A DNA stretch of 64,000 nucleotides from the NCBI GenBank assembly GCA_950097015.1, contig CATNEN010000039.1:310001-374000 (forward strand). Direction: 5' to 3'. The translations under genes and the position numbers were made by a program. Under the pieces are notes generated by a model, which made no database searches, was not told the DNA's origin, and saw only the letters and a list, made by a program, of their open reading frames with translations. Positions 49,001 through 61,000 of this stretch are shown piece by piece (positions within the stretch are counted from its first letter, which is position 1; each line of letters starts with the position of its first letter). Source of the DNA: Macrostomum hystrix. Its lineage: Eukaryota > Animalia > Platyhelminthes.

Positions 49001-52000
49001 AGACCTGCAGATCTAAGGCATTACCTCGTTCGAACTGATGCTTCGCTCCCTGCAGATGGCGCCTGCGAAAGGATCCTAACTGAATGCTCAGGTACTGAAT
49101 GAGACATCGACTGGTACTGGCTGGGCGGCCTCAGCAACTGGTCAGTGATTTCTTCTGTCACCCGAGTTGCTTAATATATTCAAGTTCCACGTTCCGACAC
49201 AGGTCCGGAGTGCTCTGTCTTTCACAGTGCTTTCGTGGAGCCTCTTAACTCCAGTGCGCTTCGCCCTTCCCGCCTTCCTAGCTTTTGCAGGCCTCCAATT
49301 AAAAGAGCCGAAAAGAAAGCGAAAGGGGGACCGACAGACAAGAAAGAACAGAAAGAGACCATTAGCTGTAAGTCAAGGTGCAGTGTTTGCACCTGCGGCA
49401 GGCACGCACAAGCTACTGCATGACCGGCTCGAGGGCGAGAGATTGCGTGCGCAGACAGGGCCACACGAGTCACTAAACGGTGAGTGGCCTGACCATTGCT
49501 CTGAGCCTCTGTCTTTGCCCCGGTCCAAACTGTGCATTCGGCTTGCTGCTGCTGCTTCTCAGTGCACGGGGACACAGTGTACACTGCAGCATACAAGTGT
49601 AATTCATTCCTACCTCTGAACCTAGGCAGGTGAAATCGGAATATGCAAGGCTCTGTGCTGAGTAGAGGCTGCAGGCTTATGCTAATGCGGGCACAAATAC
49701 CAGGCTGAGAAATTAACGCGACTGCACAGAGAATTATGCACTTCGACTTATCTCTTTAAGAGATACTCGTAAATTAAGCATATTACGAGTATAATGTTGG
49801 ATCTGCCATTGCAACAGCCTTTGCGGCATTGATCTGCCTCTTATTACCCCATCCTTTGCAGCCTTTGATCTGCCTCTTATTACCCCATCCTTTGCAGCCT
49901 TTGATCTGCCTCTTATTACCCCATCCTTTGCAGCCTTTGATCTGCCTCTTATTACCCCATCCTTTGCAGCCTTTGATCTGCCTCTTATTACCCCATCCTT
50001 TGCAGCCTTTGATCTGCCTCTTATTACCCCATCCTTTGCAGCCTTTGATCTGCCTCTTATTACCCCATCCTTTGCAGCCTTTGATCTGCCTCTTATTACC
50101 CCATCCTTTGCAGCCTTTGATCTGCTTCTTATTACCCCATCCTTTGCAGCCTTTGATCTGCCTCTTATTATCCCACAATTTGCAGCCTTTGATCTGCCTC
50201 TTATTACCCCATCCTTTGCAGCCTTTGATCTGCCTCTTATTACCCCATCCTTTGCAGCCTTTGATCTGCTTCTTATTACCCCATCCTTTGCAGCCTTTGA
50301 TCTGCCTCTTATTATCCCACAATTTGCAGCCTTTGATCTGCCACTTATTATCCCACAATTTGCAGCCTTTGATCTTCCACTTATTACCCCATCCTTTGCA
50401 GCCTTTGATCTGCCTCTTATTATCCCACAATTTGCAGCCTTTGATCTGCCACTTATTATCCCACAATTTGCAGCCTTTGATCTTCCACTTATTACCCCAT
50501 CCTTTGCAGCCTTTGATCTGCCTCTTATTACCCCATCCTTTGCAGCCTTTGATCTGCCTCTTATTACCCCATCCTTTGCAGCCTTTGATCTGCCACTTAT
50601 TACCCCATCCTTTGCAGCCTTTGATCTTCCACTTATTACCCCATCCTTTGCAGCCTTTGATCTGCCTCTTATTACCCCATCCTTTGCAGCCTTTGATCTG
50701 CCTCTTATTATCCCATCCTTTGCAGCCTTTGATCTGCCACTTATTATCCCACAATTTGCAACCTTTGATCTTCCACTTATTACCCCATCCTTTGCAGCCT
50801 TTGATCTGCCTCTTATTACCCCATCCTTTGCAGCCTTTGATTTGCTTCTTATTACCCCATCCTTTGCAGCCTTTGATCTGCCTCTTATTATCCCACAATT
50901 TGCAGCCTTTGATCTGCCACTTATTATCCCACAATTTGCAGCCTTTGATCTGCCTCTTATTATCCCATCCTTTGCAGCCTTTGATCTGCCACTTATTATC
51001 CCACAATTTGCAGCCTTTGATCTGCCACTTTTGCCGCTTTGCCACCCTAAGATGAGATCATATGATCTCCTACCCGGTGATCCTCATTGCTCAAGTACGC
51101 AGCTCAAACATCAAATGCGGAGAAACTCACTTGGCCCGCGTGTTGCGATTTAGCACTGATGGCTGGCTCACCAGCTTCGCAGCGTCATCATCGCCAGTCG
51201 CGGTAACGGAAGTGGCGCCTGCGTGGTTTGAACTGAAAATGGGTTGATGATAGGCCAGTTTGAGCCGGTTCTGCAGGTCAAGAAGTTTGGTGGCTAAATT
51301 TGGCATGGCTGGCGAATGGTCAGTCTACGAACAAGTTGGCTGGGTCTCAGCTATCAGCTAGAGCCTGCTAGGATTATTGCCCTGCTCACATTCGGTCATG
51401 ACCATAGACAGTTCCGGGATAAGCTTAAGTCAGCTTTGAAAACTTTCAAAACCCACAAGCCTAACCAAGTTCAAGAAGACCAGCTAAGACCACCCCGCTA
51501 ACGACTGTCCATGGACGACAAGACTAACAAGACTTGGAGTGTAATATCTTACAAACTGCGCATGTAGACATGAAATATAGCTGAGCAGTGCTGACCTGAG
51601 CGTAAATCCTTAGATAAATGTTAATAACTACCAAGAACAATAAGATCCGACTTCGACATTTCAGATAGATCAGAGTCACCCACTAAGTTGCTTTTGGATA
51701 TCACCCACTGAATGGATATCACTCACTGAATGGATATCACCCAATGAATGGATATCACTCACTAAATGAATATCACTCACTAAATGGATATCACTCACTA
51801 AATGGATATCACTCACTGAATGGATATCACTCACTGAATGGATATCACTCACCCACTGAATAGATATCACTCACCCACTGAATAGATATCACTCACCCAC
51901 TGAATAGATATCACTCACCCACTGTATAGATATCACTCACCCACTGAATAGATATCACTCACCCACTGAATAGATATCACTCACCCACTGAATAGATATC

Positions 52001-55000
52001 ACTCACCCGCTGAATAGATATCACTCACCCACTGAATAGATATCACTCACCCACTGAATAGATATCACTCACCCACTGAATAGATATCACTCACCCACTG
52101 AATAGATATCACTCACCCACTGAATAGATATCACTCACCCACTGTATAGATATCACTCACCCACTGAATAGATATCACTCACCCACTGAATAGATATCAC
52201 TCACCCACTGAATAGATATCAGTGTTACCAGAGGGAGCAACCCAGAACTGGGAGCCAAGGACCACTTAGAGTAGAAGGACGGAAAAGTACGTTTCTTAGA
52301 AAAATAATTGAAGGCTGGTTGTCGCGAAAAAATACACTACTGTGGCGGCCAGGCCCCCACGCAGCGCCGTCTGCGGTGCATTCGCACTCAAACCCCCGCC
52401 GCCTAGCCGAGGGGTGGGTGCACCGACCGCCGGCTCGCTAAGCCGGGGGTGTTTGACTCACGCCACGCTCCCGCAACTCCCCACGCTCTGTATAAAAAGA
52501 ACTTTCGAAAAAAGTTGTTTTCGAATCTTTTCTCGCCACATTTCATTTTACGAGACGTTAAACTACAGAAATAGGAAATTTTCAGTTTTTTTTCAAATTT
52601 AAATAGTTACACTTTTTGATTGGAAGCAGATACAAACCTGTTCTTTTGATATAAATTGCCTAACATGTTGCTCCACCTAATATTATAAAGTTTTTAACAT
52701 TACAATTTGATCTTCCTACGGTTTTCTTTACTAAATAACTTATCATAAGTATGAAATCTAATTTACACTTCAGACTAGTAAAATTTGCTTGACCTTATAC
52801 TTCTTATAAGAGGAAGTACTTATGTTCTTCATGCAATTAAGTACGCATCAATTATTATATCAATTAGTATTTGCTATTTGTTCCTAATTTTAATTAAAAG
52901 CAATGCTAATCTTTTTATATTATATTATCATTTTTAACTAAACAACTTAACTAATTCACAAGACCTACAAGATTTACTTCGCTAAATAATGAAGATTCAT
53001 TATGTAGTAACAAGACCTACAAGATTTACTTCGCTAAATAATGAAGATGCATTATGTAGTAACAAGACCTACAAGATTTACTTCGCTAAATAATGAAGAT
53101 GCATTATGTAGTAACAAGACCTACAAGATTTACTTCGCTAAATAATGAAGATTCATTATGTAGTAACAAGACCTACAAGATTTACTTCGCTAAATAATGA
53201 AGATTCATTATGTAGTAACAAGACCTACAAGATTTACTTCGCTAAATAATGAAGATTCATTATGTAGTAACAAGACCTACAAGATTTACTTCGCTAAATA
53301 ATGAAGATTCATTATGTAGTAACAAGACCTACAAGATTTACTTCGCTAAATAATGAAGATTCATTATGTAGTAACAAGACCTACAAGATTTACTTCGCTA
53401 AATAATGAAGATGCATTATGTAGTAACAAGACCTACAAGATTTACTTCGCTAAATAATGAAGATGCATTATGTAGTAACAAGACCTACAAGATTTACTTC
53501 GCTAAATAATGAAGATGCATTATGTAGTAACAAGACCTACAAGATTTACTTCGCTAAATAATGAAGATTCATTATGTAGTAACAAGACCTACAAGATTTA
53601 CTTCGCTAAATAATGAAGATTCATTATGTAGTAAAAAACTGCAGCTAAAAAGTCTAAAGTTAGGCTCATTGAGAACTAATAACAATAAAAATAACTGCAA
53701 AAACTTTGTCTGTGAATTGGATCTTTATAAGTGAAGAAAATCATATGAAGATCTAATTGTCTCCTACTAAACTTTATACCATTCGGTAGAGCAACATGTA
53801 AGCAAATTATATCAAAAGAACAGCTTTGTATCTGCTTCCAATCAGATATCAGAGAGGTTGTAGCCTAGTGGTTAGGGCGTCGGACTCACGACTTAGAGGT
53901 CGGGGGTTCGATTCCCGACTCCACTGGAACAATTTGTGTCCTTTAGCAAGACACTTAACTCTGCATTGCTTCAGTTCAACCAGCTGTTAAATGGGTACCA
54001 GCATCAGCTGGAGGTGGGTGTGGCGTCCCCCCAGTCCATGGACTGAACAGCTGTACGCAGCCTTCAGATGCGCCGCGCATTAGCTGCGGCTGTGCTGTCG
54101 GCTGCACATCTGGCCCAATCGGGGCAGGTGTAATCAATTAATTCCAATCAAAAGCTGTCACCTATTAAATATGAAATAAAGTGAACATTTCCTATCTCCG
54201 TAGTGTATTTTTTCGCGAAAACCAGCCTTCATATTTTTTCTAAGAAGCGTACTTTCCAGTCCTACTCCTAGTGGTCCTTGCTGGGGGCATGGGTACCATT
54301 GATGCCTGAGGGAGCAACCCAGAACTGGGAGCATGGGTTCCACTAATACCTGAGGGAACAACCCAGAACTGGGAGCATGGGTTCCACTGATGCCTGAGGG
54401 AACAACCCAGAACTGGGAGCATGGGTGTCACTGATACCTGAGGGAACAACCCAGAACTGGGAGCATGGGTGTCACTGATACCTGAGGGAACAACCCAGAA
54501 CTGGGAGCATGGGTTCCACTGATACCTGAGGGAACAACCCAGAACTGGGAGCATGGGTTACACTAATACCTGAGGGAACAACCCAGAACTGGGAGCATGG
54601 GTTCCACTAATACCTGAGGGAACAACCCAGAACTGGGAGCATGGGTTCCACTGATACCTGAGGGAACAACCCAGAACTGGGAGCATGGGTTCCACTAATA
54701 CCTGAGGGAACAACCCAGAACTGGGAGCATGGGTTACACTGATACCTGAGACTGAGGGAAGGGGTTCCGGTTGTGCGCTTTAGCTACGTGCACAAAGAAA
54801 CCTTGGTACCCACAGAAACAAAGAAGAGCGCACTAGGGACGAGCAAAAGCAGAAGCCAAGCAACTTTCCGGGATCAATAAAGTGACCAAGCAGCCTCAGT
54901 TCTGCTGCCCTGAAGAATCTGCATGGGGCGGGCGGCCTGCGCATGAATGCGACGCTGCGGCAGCTGCCAGCAGTTCCCTTCCTGTCCCGGGTGAAAGTGG

Positions 55001-58000
55001 AACAAACAGCGATTGCTGGGCGGGTAGAAGAGCTGGAAAGATTTGGAAGGACGCGCACGAAGGCTGTAGAGGGCGGAAAATTCCTTCAGATCCCAACACC
55101 TTTTGGAAGCTGGAAGCTGGGCTGAGGGCTACGCTGCGAAGGAAAGTGCAACTGGCAAGGGAAGGCGAAGGCGAAATTCGGGCGGGCAGGAGGAGCTTAG
55201 GTTTCAGGTCAGGCCATTGCCAAATCTGGCAAGTTGCTAAGAATCCGAAATCGCATTCGGACTTCGGGTCCAAGTTCAGCTAAGGCTCGACTCGACTTTC
55301 TTTTTTAGTTGGCGGAGAGTACAAATGCACTTTGAGAGCTCGAGATTTGCTAGGAGCTTCGAGGATCAAGAATGCATGCATTCGGTCAAATGATAAGCTG
55401 CAAATGCATGAAATGAAAAACAAGCAGCAAGGCATACCAGAAATGAGATCTAAATCCCAGACCAACGCACCGCCACCCGACTGGCCTAATATGGCAAGAG
55501 AGGCGGGCACGGAAAGGTCAACACCGAAGACGAAAATACCCAAAGCCAGGCTGAAGCCGAATCCCGATTCACACAATGCCGAATCCCGATTCACACAATG
55601 CCGAATCCCGATTCATATAATGCCGAATCCCGATTCACACAATGCCGAATCCCGATTCATATAATGCCGAATCCCGATTCACACAATGCCGAATCCCGAT
55701 TCACACAATGCAGAATCCCGATTCACACAATGCCGAATCCCGATTCATATAATGCCGAATCCCGATTCACACAATGCAGAATCCCGATTCACACAATGCC
55801 GAATCCCGATTCACACAATGCCGAATCCCGATTCACACAATGCAGAATCCCGATTCACACAATGCCCAATCCCGATTTATATAATGCCGAATCCCGATTC
55901 ACACAATGCCGAATCCCGATTCATATAATGCCGAATCCCGATTCACACAATGCAGAATCCCGATTCACACAATGCCGAATCCCGATTCATATAATGCCGA
56001 ATCCCGATTCACACAATGCCGAATCCCGATTCATATAATGCAGAATCCCGATTCATATAATGCCGAATCCCGATTCATATAATGCCGAATCCCGATTCAT
56101 ACAATGCCGAATCCCGATTTATATAATGCCGAATCCCGATCCACACAATGCCGAATCCCGATTCATATAATGCCGAATCCCGATTCATATAATGCCGAAT
56201 CCCGATTCACACAATGCCGAATCCCGATTCACACAATGCCGAATCCCGATTCACACAATGCAGAATCCCGATTCACACAGTGCCGAATCCCGATTCACAC
56301 AATGCAGAATCCCGATTCACACAGTGCGAATCCCGATTCACATAATGCCGAATCCCGATTTACGCAATGCTAAAATCCCGATTCACTTGGAGAAGTTCCT
56401 GGGCAGAGTTTGGACACAGCCATACACAAACCGGACTCACTTGGAGAAGTTCCTGGTCAGAGTTTGGACACAGCCATACACAAACCGGACTCACTTGGAG
56501 AAGTTCCTGGTCAGAGTTTGGACACAGCCACACACAAACCGGACTCACTTGGAGAAGTTCCTGGTCAGAGTTTGGACACAGCCATACACAAACCGGACTC
56601 ACTTGGAGAAGTTCCTGGTCAGAGTTTGGACACAGCCACACACAAACCGGACTCACTTGGAGAAGTTCCTGGTCAGAGTTTGGACACAGCCACACACAAA
56701 CCGGACTCACTTGGAGAAGTTCCTGGTCAGAGTTTGGACACAGCCACACACAAACCGGACTCACTTGGAGAAGTTCCTGGGCAGAGTTTGGTTGCCGCTG
56801 ACGCCACCGCCAGAGTGTTTCTGCAAGGTAAAAGCCGGAGAGTTCAGGTAAGTCTTTGGCGGCGGCTTCGGTGGCAGCGAGGATGCCGAGGCCGCATGCT
56901 GATGCTGAGGCACAGAGGTCATTGTTGCAATACACTAATCACAGGCGGCCGGAGCTTCTTTATCAATTCGCAAAGCGGGCGAAGGTCACACTGGACAGGC
57001 CATTTCCTCGAATGCTGTGCCGGGCTGTTTTTTGTTTCGCCCCTCTGGCCACCTTCTGTCGTCTTTCTTTGCTTTTGCTATGTGCGGTGGGTCCCCAAAG
57101 ACCCATAAAGTGGGGTCTCGGTGGGGCAGAATTTAGGTGGGGCAGAGAGCCAATGCCGGCGGAGGGCTTGCTAGCAATTAAACATGGCTGGGGTGGCTGT
57201 TTGGGGTGGTTGGGGCTGGCAAGAAGCGAAAGACAAAGCAGGCCCACCCGAAGATGCACAATGGCTCACTGATGGGCTTCGGATGGTTCCCGCCCAATCT
57301 ACACTCACTGCCTAATGTACAGCGGACCTAACTTGCTTAGCGAGATGGCGTCCGCATTGATTTGATAGGCGAGGATGAATGAAGTGAAGGGAATGACTTT
57401 CTGCTTAAGGAGTTGCTTAGTTTCTCCCCGGCTAAGTTAGTCACAGCAGGGACAAAATGGGTCACTTTACAAGCTTTCCAATCCTTTTATTCTCGCCTTC
57501 AATTGATTTTTTGCACTGCACCAACAACTCCATTTTCTATTATTTTTAGGTCTTCGTTCTTCGCCTCGGTCTACTTCCACATAAGGTGCTGGAATGAAAT
57601 TTTAAGTGCCACCCGACCGCGGCCTTTTATCATAAAGTTTTTGTGAAAGAAAAGCCAGTAATTGCTCTTGAATAATTATAAATCTGAGTTGAGAACTAGT
57701 TCGGGCATCGGTAAATACAAGTGAAATGTGAAGACTGAAAATGCCCGATTGATTCAAATCTTTGTATACTGACAGTGTGGAGGCCTTGCAATCAGGGAAT
57801 CAGACACATCAGCGTACCCAGTCTCTGAACGGTTCCTCAGTTACTTCAGCCAGGTAACTCAGCGGGCCTCCTGATATGGCTGAAAGTGAAGAGTGGGAAA
57901 ATTTGGATAACAATGCCTGCACAGATGAGGCAGAGAAGGGCAGCTGGAGAAACTCACAGAACGAGCGGCACCCCGGAGAAGTGGGGCTCACAAAGCCCGA

Positions 58001-61000
58001 ATCTGCTGCAGCTCCACCAGCAGCGGGAGAGGACCCAGACATGGCGTTACCAGCCATAGGCGGCAGGCAGGACACGATTTGGAAGCGGCAGGCCTCCGCG
58101 TTGTGCACAGTCAGGTGGCAGACTGCAGAAGTCGGGGTGGGGAAATCCTTTGGGTAACAAAGGCTACAAAAGAACTGCGCAACTTGTGCGATTGTGAAAC
58201 AAGTTCAGATTACATCTTAAACATCGAATAGTGCGGTGTGCGAGGCGCGTGGCAGATGATGGGTAGGAGTAGTTGAGGGGTGTCCCAAAAATAGTGGGAA
58301 AGCTCGATGCACAGGCTAATTAGTAAAACAAAATTTATTGAAACTCACGTCACTGATACATAAACATTCAACAGTACAAAGTATTTTTGAATCGATTAAA
58401 AATGTCAATTCATTTAAAAGTTATCGCTAAAATTAGAACAAGGGGTAAGGGGCAGAGTTACACCAAGTCAAGGCCCCAACCCAAGTTTGTACTCGTACTC
58501 AGACGAAAATTTTGCGACAGAAGAAAAGGAGCAGAAACATCAGAAAACAGAAGCAGAAAAAAGCAAAAGACAAACAGAGAAGCGTGAGCACCAGAATCAA
58601 AAGAAGCACAAGCTGACGCAAGAGAAATCCGTGGCACTAACGGCAGCAAGCACATCGCGGATATCGACTATTGCGTACGCCTCGACAAGATGCCGCTGTT
58701 GAGTTTAGAGTTTTTCATTTATCCTTGTGCGATCGTTCAATGTTTAGCGTTTCGTCCAAAAAGATCAACGCCAGTTCGTGTACTCCCAGTGGAAATTGGG
58801 GAAGCGAGGTAATGAAATCGTAATCCAGCTGACTGAAATCCACGGAGTGAGCGCCATCTCGAAGAGTGCTGTCTTTCGCTGGCTTGAAGAGTTCAGTCAT
58901 GGGCGAACAGACGTTGCTGATGACACAGCCAACCGTGGCCCTCCGATCTCTCCATCAACAATCACACAGATTCAAAGGGTGAAGGTAATCATACAGGAAA
59001 ATTCCGGTCTGACTGCAAGAGAGTTGGCGGATCGACTAGGGAGTCCGAAAACCTCAATTCATCGGATCTTGTCTGTGGATCTTGGCATGTTGAAACTGAC
59101 AGTGGGATGGGTGCCCCGTTTGTTGACGGGCGGGTTCTGCTGCACGAAATTCCGCGTCGGGCTTAGGCAAATTAAAGCAATGCGCTTTTCACCGATGGAC
59201 TAAGTGCTGCGAGCTGAGGGGCGACTTCGTCGAAAAGTCGTCAGTCGATGGCGATGCTTCGTGACCAATTTTGCTGCTGGCCTTGACTTGGTGTAACTCT
59301 ACCCCTTACCCCTCGTTCTAACTTTAGTCAAAACTTTAAAATGAATTGACTTTTTTACTTGATTTAAAAAGCTTTGGAGCTTTCGAATGTTTATTTATCA
59401 GTGACGTGAGTTTCAATAACTTATGTTTTACCAGTAAGCCTGTGCATCGAGTCTACCCACAATTTTTGCGACACCCTACGTAGTTTTTCGTTAGTCGAAA
59501 CGAAGCGTAAAGCCTGCATAAAAGTATAGCGATAAAAATTCGCGTTCGACTCGTTCACTTGTACACCGAAATTCGCGAGCTAGTATTTTTAACAGATGCA
59601 ACTTCTGCACGTATACTAGCGGGACTCACCCTGGCAGAGTGCAGTTAGCGGGACTCACCATGTCAGAGCAGCAGTTAGCGGGACTCACCCTGGCAGAGCA
59701 GCAGCAAGTCATGCTAGCGGGACTCACCCTGGCAGAGCAGCAGCAAGTCATGCTAGCGGGACTCACCCTGGCAGAACACTAGGGCATGTTAGCGGGACTC
59801 ACCCTGGCAGAGCAGCAGCAGCAAGGCATGTTAGCGGGACTCACCCTGGCAGAGCAGCAGGGCATGTTAGCGGGACTCACCCTGGTAGAGCAGCAGGGCA
59901 TGTTAGCGGGACTCACCCTGGCAGAGCAGCAGGGCATGTTAGCGGGACTCACCCTGGTAGAGCAGGACTCACCCTGTCAGAGCAGCAGTTAGTGGGACTC
60001 ACACTGACAGAACAGCAAGGCATGTTAGCGGAACTCACCCTGGCAGAGCAGCAAGCAGACCCGCTGAAGGTGGGTTTCGCAGACGGCACACTTTCCTGTG
60101 GCAGCGACGCTCCAGTTGTGCTCGTAGACCGGATGCTTGGAGCCGCTGATGGCACCTTTCGCCTTGCCACTAACGCCGCCCTTTGCCCGATAGCTTCCGC
60201 TCAGCCTGGACAGGAAGCTCTTCCGCTTCTTGCGGTTGCGCTGCTCGCTGAGCAAAGTTGCGGGGTGGTTGCGATTATCTTTGCGCAAGTGGCCATGGCG
60301 ATTCTAATGCAAACAGCTGGCCGCGTGGCACGACTGACTGTTAGCTTGAAGGCATAGGGAAAGAAGACTGCAATATGAGGCCCGGATCTGGGTCAGGGGT
60401 TCTGTCTGTGTATACAGTACAATAGATCAGTCTGTAGTAATATTTACATTACATGTTTCACTCTAGCAGCTCCTGGACAACCCACTAGGCTTGCAGTCCG
60501 CAGTGCCCAGGCAGCCCTGCATTCCAATCCTCCAACCCGCTAGTCGTACTGCTTGGCGGGCTCGACTGCAACCGCTGATGCGCAAGAAATTCGATACGGT
60601 TGGTGCGCTGCATGGCTTTCCCTGCCAATTTGAACAAGCCTGGGAAAAGACTGAGCTGCACAATTTAGCCCACAGGCTTTGGAGGGTGCCAATGGCCAGT
60701 TAATTGGAAACAATCCGAAAGTTTTTTCGGGACCAACTGTTGCAGTGAAGCATTAACAGTAGAAAGGCCACGCTATTTTCCCCCTTGGAAAAGACCACGG
60801 GGCTATTTCAAATACCCACTGCGTAATTCACGACAGCTCCCGAGATTGGCTTAACAGTAGAAAGGCCACGCTATTTTCCCTTGGAAAAGACCACGGGGCT
60901 ATTTCAAATACCCACTGCGTAATTCACGACAGCTCCCGAGATTGGCTTAAAAGTAGAAAGGCCAACGCTATTTTCCCTTGGAAAAGACCACGGGGCTATT

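Larger units (their letters stand above)
52256..54280. mobile_element. Non-autonomous DNA transposon with long inverted arms and 8 bp TSD (P-element- or hAT-like)
   Basis: CAAGGACCACT ... AGTGGTCCTTG termini, extended inverted similarity (52256-52340 vs 54200-54280; 52600-52678 vs 53785-53844), flanks CTGGGAGC / CTGGGGGC. It is inserted in the first unit of the 44 bp array. Confidence 0.8.

Noticed and set aside
49783-51055. Cationic (KGCKGWGNKRQI)n ORF on the RhoGEF strand
   Set aside because: A 36 bp intronic minisatellite also open on the other strand, with no convincing splice sites or codon-position bias.
53855-53925. tRNA gene
   Set aside because: A and B boxes are present, but the sequence continues into a CORE-like body and is bounded by a 9 bp TSD, so it is a SINE head.
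59483-59585. Helitron 3' end (hairpin plus CTAG)
   Set aside because: The hairpin is short and no matching 5' end could be defined.
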